A stretch of 64,000 bases of DNA from Eledone cirrhosa (Eukaryota): contig OZ024753.1 of assembly GCA_964016885.1 (NCBI GenBank), forward strand, positions 806,001 to 870,000. The letters are read 5' to 3'. Positions 1 to 12,996 of this stretch are shown one piece after another. Both the position numbers and the translations under genes were made by a program. The notes under the pieces were generated by a model. The model worked only from the letters and a program-made list of their open reading frames with translations. It had not been told where the DNA came from and did no database searches. Every line of letters starts with the position of its first letter. Positions within the stretch are counted from its first letter, which is position 1.

Positions 1-2096
1 TTATATTGGTAACAATTTATAAAATAATTGTTTCTTCTTTTGGCACAATTATCTCAGTGTATTACTGGTTCTTTATTTTATCGACCCCAAAAGGATGAAA
101 GGCAAAGTTAACCTCGGCGGGATTTGAACTCAGACAATAAAGGTCCGTAACTCTATGCTGCAAAGCATGGCGTCCGACCCTCTACCGATACTGCCAATCC
201 AGATTTCTTATATAGGCACAAAGCCAGCAATTTTGGGGGAAGGGAAAGTCGATTAAATCGACCCCCGTAAGGATGAATGGCAAAGTTAATCTCGGCAACC
301 AGAACACACATACATACATACGCAAACAGACACACCGACCACACATACATAATACATATATATAAACACACACTCACACACATATACACAATGACACCCA
401 CCACACATACATAATACATATATAAATATACACACTCACACACACACATACACAATGACACCCACCACACATACATAATACACATATATAAATATACACA
501 CTCACACACACAAAAACATGCACACATATAAATATACACACTCGCATATCTTTTAAGTGTTTAAAAGATCAACCAACCATAAATATATTTCGATTGATGA
601 AGGCTCCAAACATTTAACTACAGTCTTTCTCTCTCTCTCTCTCCCACAGCCTTACATGGGATTGGCAATTGATCAAATAACTAAATAAATAGACATTCCT
701 ATACACATGCTAGAACAGGTGTCAGTTGTCATGGTTCTATGATTTCCATACTTACGAAAGTCATTGATCAGCTGGCAGGAATTGATTGTGATTGAACCCA
801 AGAACACAATTGTATCTGAAGACAAACTAAATAATTAATAAAATTAATCATCACATTGTCAAAATTTCAATTGAAGATGGTGGCTTAGCATTCCGAGTTC
901 AAATCTCGCCAGGACCAACTTTACATTTCATTCTTCCGGCCTTGTGTGTAGATTAGAAATCATCATTATTATTGTTATTAGGGTGGTGGATTGGCAGTAT
1001 CAGTAGTGTGTCAGACACTCTGATTTGCAGCATAGAGTTACGGCCTTTTATGATCTGAGTTCATATATATTATTATAGTGCTAGTTCCAGGCTGCAATAG
1101 ACCCAACACACTCTGTAAAATTGTAGTGCTGGGGCCACAATAAAATGTTTCCAGTATTCACAGTAAAGTGGTTGGTATTAGGAAAGGTATCTTGCTATGG
1201 AAACCATGGCTGCCTAGCCTCAGAATTTAACAACTTGTCTAACCCATACCAACATAGAAAGCTGACATAAAATGATGGTGATGATATATACATATACAAA
1301 CAGTATATATACTCCTGTTAAACAGGTCACTTCAAATATTTACATTTTTGTTTTCAGTACTCCTCACCTCTTACTCTCATCCCACCCTCGTGTATCCTAT
1401 GTTAAGTTTATACATTTTAACCCTTTCTTCACTGTATTTCTAATTAAACACACTCTATTTCAATTAATTACTGAGAAATGTTCAGGGATTTACTAAAATT
1501 ATTAAATATTTCATTACTAAGATACTAATTTAACATATGGTTCTTATATAAAATGATATGGGAGGATAATAATTTAAATAGGAACCCTTTCAAATGGTGG
1601 ATTTTGTTTCATAAATTGTATAACATAATATTAAACATTTATTTAGAATATCTAAATACAGAAAGGAACAGAAAAATGTATTCTACGGATATTTAAAACA
1701 TTTACAGAACTTCTGTATATACAATGTTTTTAGTGTTGATAAATTATAGGTCTTGCTACCCCCCAGGATCATTTGTGAGAGATTTTGTTGATGGGGGCAA
1801 GGATTGCTCTTTCACACAGCAACTCCTCATTGGAATGGTGGATTTGTAAATTGGGAAACACTTAATTAAGTTTACAATGCTTTCCACAACAATACAAAAT
1901 GGCGAAGGATCAAAACATCCTTCAGTATGAAAGGATTGCTTTTCTATAAATTTAAATGGCGGCTGAGAGGTGTTTATCTGTAACAAGTGTCCCCCTCCCT
2001 TCCTGCCTCTGTTATTCAAACTGAACAAATTTCTGAGGCTGGAAATTCCTGAACTGGATGATATATTGTGTCTTTGAACAAGACACTTTATTAAAT

Positions 2097-3595
2097 ACTA
2101 GCAGTTGCATGTGATAAGGTATTTTGGAACGCAGGCCGCCAACAGACCTAATCGTGGAAAAACTGCATGCCTCGGCAATATGTAAAGAAAATAAATTGAA
2201 TACTCTGATGGCTGGATAATCTTTAAGATTTTCCTCAATGAAGCAGGAAAAATGCAAGTTTTCACCTAATGCGGGACCTAGGGCATCAAGAAAATGAATT
2301 TTATTTATGTGCATAATATGCCTTGAAATTTCGGGAAAATCGGCAAGACCTAACGCCTAAAAAAAGCCCTAGAAAGCTGAAAAAATGAAGTTTTTCACCT
2401 AATGTGGGCCCTAGGCCATAACAAAGTTGGATTATCTTTGCTCACGGTATGAAGAAGAGACTGACTAATACATAGTTACAATCTCAAGGATATCTGTCTG
2501 ACGTAATGCCTCAAAATACTCCTAAAAAGCTGAAAAAAAAACAGTTTTTCACCTAATGCGGGCCCTAGGGTATCAAAAAGTTGAATTTTTTATCTGCATA
2601 AAACTCCCTGAAACATAACGTGGGCCTCCAACAGACCTAATGGAAAAACTACATGCCTGGACAATATGTAAAGAAAATAAACTGAATACTCTGATGCAAT
2701 TAGTATTAGGTATGCTTCACCTTCCACGTGGAGAAAATCGGCTTGGTGCTTTTGTACTTTAATAAAGTGGCATGAGTCAGCAGGACAGATATCACCAATT
2801 ATGTCAGAGGGAAGTCTGCAATGCTTGAACAAGGCATGATGTGCAATCGGACAGCATGTGGAACCTTCTCGAAGGAGTCCACCGCACCTTAGTAAGTAAA
2901 CGCAAGTGGACAAACGTTTACCAAACTGTGCATATAATTTAACAAATTTAAAGAGGAATGGTGCAATAAAATAGACTCCGAGGCGTGTGCGCGTTCACTG
3001 GCAGCCCTAAACGAAAGAGTCCCCATCAGCTATTTCAAGGGCCCTTAAAAGGGCCGTGTAAGCCGTTCACTAACACCACAGTCAGGAGGGGTAACCATCA
3101 ACAATTTCAACTGGTGGCCCTAAAAAGAGCCAAGTGAGCGTTCACTTGTAGCCCTTAATAGTGACTTTGACTGCATTCTCTGACATTTGAAGGAGGGTGT
3201 TACGGTTGCTTCCACTGGTAGCCTTTAGAATGAATCAGAATACGTTCACGGTCTGTTTAACAGCCATACATTGCCGAGTGCGATGCAGACAGCAGACATA
3301 CAGACAGCAGACATACAGACAGATATTATAAGGGTGTGGCGTTATATGTATGTATCTATCTAAAAAGAGAAAGAGAAAAGAAAAGAATTATAGAGAGAGA
3401 TCGCTAAATCGCCTAATGCGGTCCCTAGGGCATTGAAAATTTGAAATCTTTTTTGCTCAGAACACTCCCTGAAACATAAGTATTACATGTGTAAAGTTTG
3501 AAAACAGTCGGTTGGGTGCTTCTCGAGATTTAGGGATTCAAACACACACACACACGGCCAGACTCCCTCCCTCCCTCAGTTTTATATATATAGAT
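2097..3595 (+). mobile_element. Non-autonomous Helitron/Helentron (HINE)-like element
   Basis: Starts t|ACTAGC and ends (CA)n...TTTTATATATATAGAT|t; internal sub-repeat cctaatgcgggccctaggg x4; its 5' part recurs at 51732 and 52016. Confidence 0.6.
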
Positions 3596-3851
3596 TACTT
3601 CAGTCCACTCAGCTGAAAAAAAATGAGTACCAGCTACAACTCAAGAGTTAACTTCTGCAACAGACTGGCATTAAATCCAGAGAGTATTCTTTTCCTAATA
3701 GAACTGGGGTCTCTATCAATAAAACACCCAAGAAACTTCCTATGAGACACAACCTCATAGGAGACCCATTAGACCAGCAAAGGGATTTAACCGAAGCCTT
3801 TGTCTTACTTTTTTCTAAATGACATTTTTCCTTTTCTTTTTTTTTTTTCAG

Positions 3852-4017
3852 GCTCCCGAAAATCAAGAAGTAGCACAAGAAGCCCAAGAAGACGAAAAAG
3901 AAAATAATCGAGGAGAATGGGGTCATAAGGCAGAGTTTATGCTGTCATGTATTGGTTTATCTGTTGGTCTTGGTAATGTGTGGAGGTTCCCATATTTGGC
4001 ATACAAACATGGAGGAG
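3852..4017 (+). CDS. SLC6 transporter exon (N-terminus, TM1)
   Basis: poly-T-cag acceptor; APENQE...[17 protein letters not shown]; donor gtgaat, phase 1. Confidence 0.95.
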
Positions 4018-7000
4018 GTGAATATATTGATAAATTCTTTCTTTTTTTACTTAAACAGTTTAAAACTGATACACACGCACACATGTATAGATATATATGT
4101 GTGTATGTGTGTGTTTACATTTGTTTATATCATATATAGCTTTCCAGTAAACCTTTGTTAGTAGCTGTCCTTCAGCCCACATATATATTATTAGATTCAT
4201 GACCACAAATTTATCCAAACTGAAACAATGCTTTCCTTGTGATATATTGATATGTGGTACAAGTATGGCTGGATAGTTAAGAAGTTTACTTCCCAATCAT
4301 ATGTGGAAGCCTATTAAATCGCTTGTACCTGTAATTCAAAGGTCCAATCTTGTCTCACATTCTGTCACTAATTTAGTTTTGAAATACACATGTCTGTGGA
4401 ATGCTTAACCACTTATATAATAATTTGTGTATTAACATGTAATATATGCAGTGAAATATGTATGTAAGATCTAGATCTTGATAAATAACGTGATATGAGT
4501 TTACAAAACAATTTTAATAGGTGTCACGACAAAAAACACCTAGCCCACACTGTAAATTGTTGGTGTCATGACAAAAAGCACCCAGCCCACACAGTAAAGT
4601 GGTCATGTTGGTGTCACAACAAAATGCACCTAGTCCACACTGTAAAGTGGTCGTGTAGGTGTCACAAACAACACCCAGCCCACACTGTAAAGTGGTTGTT
4701 TAGGTGTCATGACAAAAAGTTCTCAGTATTGACTGTAAATGAAGTTGGTGTTAGTAGGGGCATCAAGTTGTAGAAACTAAGCCAAAATCAGTTCTGTATG
4801 AACAAGACATTATGCTGACCTAGCATTGCCCACAACAGGACAACTCGTCTAACCCATGTTAGTGGGTTACTCCAGAGTTGAATGTCAGAATGTAATTTAT
4901 TTTCATTTTTTTAGCTTCAGAATCAGGCATAGTATTATACTGAAGTCATATTTTACACAAAAGATTGACATTAAGATGTGAGGCTTTCATGCTAATATTG
5001 ATTCTTACAGGCCATTAAAATTTTTTTTTTTAAATATTGACTCATAAAAATATTTGATAGAAAGTTACTTCATCATCATCATCATTTTACGTCTGCTTTT
5101 CCCTGCTTGCAAGGGTTGGACAGGTCCTATTCAGCACAGCATCTCTCCACTTGTCATGGTCCTTTGTCATCTCCTTGGTGATAATAATTATGTAAAATCA
5201 CTCAGATACACTGAAGCATGAAAATCTATTTTGAATAATGTTTTGAAAAGTTGAATACATTTGTAAATAAAAGATTGTTTCGAGTATATTGTTATACATA
5301 ATAAATTGAATGAAAGAAGAAAAAATGAAAAGTGTCTAATAATCTCTTGAGTCATTGAGGTCATGCACAGTATTCTGCACATTTAGGATAGTCAACATCT
5401 CGTGATTTATGATATTGTCAACATATTGGGTACCTAGGATAATGGCAACATATTGCGTATTTAGGATATTACCATGTTGTGTATCTAGGATATTGTCAAC
5501 ATATTGTGTCTCTAGGATATTGTCAAGATATTGTGTATTTAGTGCCAGTCAATCTGTAAAGTATAAAAAAGATGTCTTTCTTTTGAGACATTTGCTAAGT
5601 GTTAAGTCAAGCATGGGTCATTTAGTGAATGTCATACACCCTTGTTTATATGGAAATCGTGATTCTTTTGAGAAATGTGGTGGGTGTTTCAATGAACCCA
5701 TCCTATCCAGTTTACGTCATTTGGAGAGAGCGAATTGATCTAGATGAAATGCAGTTTGGCTTTGTGTCAGGTAAAAGTACCACAGACGCTCTTTTCCTTG
5801 TACGACAGCTACAGGAGAAGTACCTAGCTAAAAGTAAACCCCTCTACTTAGCTTTTGTAGACCTGGAGAAAGCCTTTAACAGAGTTCCTCTGCTCCATTA
5901 TCTGGTGGCCTCTTAGAAAACTAGGTGTAGATGAATGGCTTGTGAGAGCTATACAAGCCATGTATAAAAATACAGTCAGTAAGGTTAGAATTAACAATGA
6001 ATATAGTGAAGAATTTAGTGTAAAAGTTGGTCTTCATCAAGGCTCTGTCCTTAGCCTCCTCCTATTTATTATTGCCCTTCAAGCTATACCAGAAGAGTTT
6101 AAGACCGGCTGCTCATGGGAACTCCTATACGCAGATGATCTAACTCTCATAGCTGAATCTATGGCTGAACTAGAGAAGAAATTCCAAATATGGAAGCATG
6201 GCCTAGAATCAAAAGCCCTTAAAGTTAACTGTTCTAAGATTAAAGTTCTACATTGTAGAAAGGAAAATGGCCATGCTCAGTGTGTAGGAAAGGAGTAGGC
6301 AGAAATTCTATTTTATGTCCCAAATGTAAAGTATGGGTACATAAAAGATGTAGTGGGATCACAGGTAAACTATCTAAGAATGTAGATTTTATATGTGGCC
6401 GATGCTCAGGTGCGTAAATTGGTGTTAGGAAGGGCATCCAGCTGTAGAAAACCTGCCAGATAGTCCTATACAAGCGCGACACGGTCACCCAACCAACCTT
6501 GCCTCAAGTGGGACAACTCTCATCTAACCCATGCTAGCGTGGAAGATGGACGTTAAACGATGATGATGATGAGAGAGAAAATGGTTGAGTGAAGTAAGTC
6601 AGAGGCAGCACTGATGATGTAATATGAACTGGCCGTTCTTCAGCCTATCTGCTCTGATATTTTACTTTCCATGCATATTTTATAATTCCTATACATGTTA
6701 TACAAATATTACATACACTACATACAACCATAATACTCTTCATTTGCCAGCCATCCACCTACACTGTGTCTGTCATATTACACTGAGCCAGTCCTATCAC
6801 ACTAAATCAGACATAACTCAGTCAGTCCTTATACTCAGCCTGTCCTAATGCATTGAGCCTGTCCTAATGCACTGAGCCTGTTCTAATGCACTGAACCTGC
6901 CCTAATATCCTGTGGTGTTCTTAATACACTATATCGAGAAGATAGGATCCTGATTCCCCCAGGGAAGTGGCCCTGCTCAATATGTAGAAAAAGAATAGGC

Positions 7001-10000
7001 ACAAAAGAATGTACACAATGTAAATCCTAGGTACGCAAGAGATGTAGTGAGATAACAGTAGACTAACAGGAAAGGACAACTTTGTACGCAGAAGATGCAC
7101 AGGGATAATCAAGAGGAAGAGCGTCAATGATATAAGCCTTTTCCAATCACAGCAAGGATCCATAGAAGTAGTTGATAGTTTCTGCTATCTAAGTGACTTA
7201 TTTAACAGCAGAGGAGGGTGTTCTGAGAGCATAATAGCTAGAATAAGGATAGGATGGAGGAAGTTTAGAGAGATTATTCTCACTGTTAACAACAAACGGT
7301 TTCTCCCTGTGTACAAAAGAATGACTCTATGACGCCTGTGTGTCAAGTACAATCCTACATGGGAGTGGAACATGGGTAGTGACAGAGGAGGACATGCATA
7401 GACTAGAGAGAAATGAAGCAACCATGCTTTGTGTGGATGTGCAATGTAAATGTGAGAGAAAGGCAGAGTTTGGATGAACTGAAAGAGAAATTGGGTTTAA
7501 GAGGAATTTGAGGTGGTGTGCAAGACTGCATTGGTACAGACATGTGATGCACATGGATGATTATTGCTGGGTGAAGAAATGCCAGGAAATTCCAATGGAA
7601 GGAAGTGGCATTAAAGGTAGACCAAGTAAGACCTGGTCAGAGGTGGTGGGAACTGTTCTCAAATCACTGAGACTCACAGAGGAGATGATGAAGGAACATG
7701 GTAAGTGGAGAGATGTGCTTAAAAGAATCTGTCCACCCCATGCAATCGTGGAAAAACGAATATTAAAACAACAGCTATGATGATGAATATATATATATAT
7801 TTTAAAAATATTTCTCTGAATCATATATATTGTTTTATATAGTTTAGTGGTATGATAAAATGCACCAAGTACACTAAAGTGGTAACACTGGTGACATGAT
7901 CAATTGCTGTTGGTAGACCCTGTAAAATGATTGGTATTAGGAAGTAAATCCAGCTGTAAAAACCATGCCCAAATATGGACTGTATGTGTAGGATGAAGTC
8001 TCTCCAACTCATCTGGTTTGGACAGTGATAATCTGTCTAACCCATACTAGTATGGCAAGCAGATGATCATCATCATCTCCGTGATCATTTCTAGTTTTCT
8101 GTCTATACCAGGGGTTCTCAACCTGGCCCATGTGGACCTCTAGTGGTCCACAGAAAATTTTCGACAGCAAATTCTTTTTCGATCCATGCATTTGACTTAA
8201 AGCGCTGTTCTTATTCTTCGCATAAGTACGACTTCAGCTGTTTATTTGCGTAGATTTTTAGGCACTGCGACATGATAATAGCATTTTCTAATTCATTGAA
8301 AAAAGCATCTACTGATGCTTATAAGTTGCAGTTCTATTACAAAAGATTTAAAAGTTTAGGTGGTCCACAGCGAAAAAAAGGTTGAGAACCCCTGGTCTAT
8401 AGTACAGGAGAAATGTATATATAATATTGTTTTTCACTGTAAAAAAATTGTCTATATTTTTCTAGCGGCTTTTCTTATTGCATACCTGGTGCTTCAACTT
8501 TTGATTGGTAAACCAATGTATTTTATGGAATTGGTGATGGGACAGTATTCAGCAAAGGGGCCAACAGCTGTCTGGGCAATGAACCCATCTGGTAAAGGTA
8601 AGAACTATTCATTTTTATATTATATTTATTCCTCATAGGCCAAAAAAGAATGCTACACATTTTTGGGGGTTGGAATTGACGATGGGCTGGATGTAGTAGC
8701 AATTTTGATAGCAGAAAAGTAGGTAAACAAAGTTATTACCGTAAATAAAATAAATAAAATGAATAAAACTGGTACTTTATTTTATCGACCCCGTAAGGAT
8801 GAAAGGCAAGGTTAACCTTTGTGGGATTTGAACACAGAACGCAAAGGGACGTAACTATGCGTCAAAGCATGGCGTCCGACCCTCTACCGATACTTCCAAC
8901 CCAATAATAATGAATGTATTTGAAAAAATTATATATTAACAGAGCGTTGTAGTTTGCTTGGAGCATTGTGGAATAGGAAATACAAACTTAACCCTTTACC
9001 ATTTACATGGAGGCACATGGCTTAGTGGTTAGAGCATTGGCTTTGCAATCGAAAGGTTGTGAGTTCAATTCTCAGATCGGGTGATGTGTTGTTTCCTTGA
9101 GCAAGACACTTTATTTCACATTGCTCCAGTTTACTCAGCTGTAGAATTGAGATGGTAGGGACTGGGGTCCTTATCATTCCATTGCAAAGTAGTCGTGGAG
9201 GTGCCATGGCAAAAAAGCACCCAGCCCACACTGTAAAGTGGACGTGTAGGCACCACGGAAAAAAAAAAATAAAAAGCACCCAGTACTCACTGTAAATGAG
9301 GTTGGTGTTAGGAAGGGCATCCAGCTGTAGAAATCAAGCCAGAATCAATTCCCGTCCCACCCTTGCAAGCAGGGAAAAGCGGACATAAAATGAAATGAAA
9401 TTACTCTATATATACTATTATATTTTCACGGTGAAGGTTTTACTTCATATACTTATCTCAAATAATATTGAATCTGAGTTTTTGATATTATTTATTTTGA
9501 GAGCAATACCTTCACATCAATCTGAGCAGCTGGTTACGGTCAGTTTGAACAGAAGGGTGAGAAAATTCTGGCCGGATATGGCCAGTTTAAATGCTAAAGA
9601 GTTAAATAAATTTAGATATTTGAAAGCCCAACAATGCGTACAAGATTAAAAATGCGAAGGTAATAGGAGTTATACAGGAAAGAATGAGGACGATATATTT
9701 ATTTACTTTTTATACTTTAGGGATTGGTATTGCGATGACCATCATATCTCTGTTTGTGGCCATTTATTACAATGTCATCATGGCGTATACATTATTTTAC
9801 TTCTTTGCATCAATGCAATCAAAACTACCATGGTCTGACTGTGATAATGTAAGTACTATACATTCTACTCTTCTTCTTTTTCTTGTCTTTCCCTTTCTTT
9901 TCTCCCCCCCCCCCTTCTTCTTCCTCTCCTTCCCCCCCCCTTTCCTCCTCAGGAAGGTTGTGGGGGCAGAGTCCTCAATTATTCCTTCCAACAGATCCTC

Positions 10001-12964
10001 TCACAAGCAACTGAGTCCAATTGATTTGACTGGATCCCCAAGCAAGTCCAATGAAGCTCATGGATGTTATCCAGCTATCTTGCCTGTAAAATCAGTCCAG
10101 CTATATGTGTCTATATATGTGTCTATATATGTATGTATATTTATATATATATTTATACACCTATCTACTTAATGCACATCCTTATTATCAATGTATTTAA
10201 TTTCATTACTATAGCCTGCTCTACTTATTCGCTGAAATTCTAGAAATACGTTGCATACAGAATTTAGAATAGTGTTTTTAACGGATCTGGGGTGATTGGA
10301 ATTAAAGTTAACAGTTTAAATTCACATTGATTTTATGAAATGGATATATAAAGATCAGTATTAAGGTTTAAAGTTACATCTAAAAAATTAACTATTTTAT
10401 AATTATTCTCTACTTCTACTTTAAGATTAACGCTATTAAAAAATTGTATAATTTCTTTTCTTTTCCTATTTATTTCACAATTATTATTATTTTCAATAAG
10501 CAATAGCATATCGTCACGATATAAACCACCGGTTATCTCTGGTATTTTCCTATGTAAAGTATTGTTAACAAAAAGCCCCACAAGATCCGTTAATGCGCCG
10601 AGTCCGATGACCCCATAGTGATATCAAAATTGTTATCCCTATCTAGTTATCCCTCTAGTCCAAAGGTGGTTGCTAAATTTAATTAATGTTTTATGTGCAG
10701 TTAAGATAATGTGCATTTCATTTCTAGTTAAATCAGTATATGTAGGGGCTTTATTAAGTAAATTAGGAGTGATAGATGAGTAATAATTAGCAATATCCAA
10801 TTGAATGAATTTATTGTTATGTTTATATTTAATGTCCTTAAACCAGTCAATAACTTCATTAGTCCCTTTCCATAATTTTAAATAAGATATTTCCTTAAGT
10901 TGTGGTATGATTCCATCTAAAATATTTTTGCTAAGTATGCCAAGGTCCAATTTAGATGGTGCAATCAGTCTAACTGGTAATTCAATTTCAAAATTTTTTT
11001 TTATGGTCCTTCAAATTAATTTTTGGTTTCCTAGGTATGAAGGGTTGAGTCCTATTTTCGATGCCTAATTCCTGCATTATATAAGAAGCTTCAGTATTTA
11101 GTCTTTCAAGGTCATCATTGGTTGCTCTTTTGTAATTTTTCCTTAATTCCTTCAATATAAGATTATTGTAATCATCCTTTTGCATTCCGTAAAGATTGTT
11201 GGGTTTTTTTCCCGGGTATGTCAATATTTATTTATAAAACAAATCTGTATTTTTATCTGATGAAAGCGCACCATAATTTGCCTTGGTTGCCCTTGAAATA
11301 TATATAATACAATAAATATGGTTTTATAAATATAGTTTCCATTTATTAATATATTGTATATATATATATATATGTATGTACACACAAATAAATATATATA
11401 TATCATTATCGTGATATATGTATGTATGTATATGTTATGTTAGTACCACAAAGCATCCAACCCACACTGGAAAGTGGTCATGTAGGAGACACGGCAAAAA
11501 GCACCCAGCGTACACTGTAAATGTGGTTGGCGCTAGGAAGGGCATCTGCCATAGAAAACCAGCCAGAAACAGACCCAACTTGCTTTTAAATGGGACAAAC
11601 CCGTCTAACCCATGCTAGCGTGGAAGATAGAGGTTAAACGGTGATGATGATATAAGCATAACATTAAAAAAGATGCTGATTTATGTAATATCAGCATCTT
11701 TTTTAATGTTATACTTATACTGAATCTCCATTGTAACTACAAACTACGAGTGTAGAGAGCTTTCTCCTGGTTCTGTTTATTTTTATAAATACTAGCATAC
11801 TGTATCATGTACACAAATCAGTATTCCGAAGATTTCGTTGGGTAACAACTGTAATTAAAATCGAGTGACGTAGCATTTTACGAACAGATGTTTTTAGACA
11901 CACCAGACAAATGAAACATTTGTTAATACTTTGAATAAACCCTATTGTACAGCCAATCCATGTTATTCTTCATTCATTTACTATATATATACATATATAC
12001 GCACACACACACATGAATGAATGATGATATATATATATATATATAATCATCACCACCACCATCTTTTAACGTCCATTTTTCTATAATATATATATAAATT
12101 ACTGCTTTCTATTTTTCAGTTTTCCAATGTAACCAATTGTATCTCTAGTAGAATATTGTGTACAGGGAATGCCACCATTGATAAAGTAGGGTGTGTGTGC
12201 CGTGCCACTAATGTAACGATCACAGAAGCATCTTATTGTGTTAATATCACAAAAGTTATGACAGCCCCTGCTCTTTATTTCAAGTTAGTTGTTTATCAGC
12301 TTTTTTTTCATTTTTTCCATTATTCTTTTTTTACTGTCATAACCATATTTCTAATGAAAGTCCAGCTCAGGTGGGCTGGGCATTTTTATTGTATGAGTGA
12401 TAGCAGACTTCCTAAGTGGCTGTTTTTTTGGTCAGTTTCCGATAGGCAAGCCAGTTGGAAGACCACTCTTGTGCTTCAAAGGCAAATGCAAGGACAATCC
12501 GAAATGATGCAACATCCCCTTCTCTTCATCGGAGAAGAAATCATTAGAAGACAAGAGCTGGTGCTAGTGCTGCTTCTCATCTAATCGAAGGTTTGAGCAG
12601 GGCCAACTTGAACATTGTGACCAACTACATGCAAATATGAAGGTGTGCTGGCAGCATGCTGCTCCTCAAAATGACAACCTTACTTGCCACTGGTTTTATT
12701 GCACAGAGCAAAGCGGGCCTTGCAGTCCACTCGAGAAAGCATGTAATGGGTGATCCACAGACTCTCGGGCAGAAGTCTGTGACATGCTCCATCAGTCAAA
12801 AGGTCTGTAGGATAATTGCAGGCCTCAAGAGACATATGTGCATTCATCGAATATAGACACACTAAATTTTTTTTTCTATAATTAAAAAAAAAAAAAAAAT
12901 CATTTCTGAACCCTCATTTGTCGCTTGCAACGAGGATCCACCATACACACATGCACACACACAC

Positions 12965-12996
<32 letters not shown>

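Noticed and set aside
590-625. Hammerhead-like ttgatgaaggctccaaacatt (similar partial motifs near 5270, 22270 and 25205)
   Set aside because: Core boxes are mutated or truncated and stems cannot be formed; at most decayed remnants.
1-3851. Start-codon exon of the SLC6 gene
   Set aside because: No convincing ATG-containing exon with a phase-0 donor found; the region is mostly repeats and the exon may lie outside the window.
9009-9082. tRNA gene
   Set aside because: A/B boxes are present but run directly into SINE body and tail and recur as dispersed copies; it is a SINE head.
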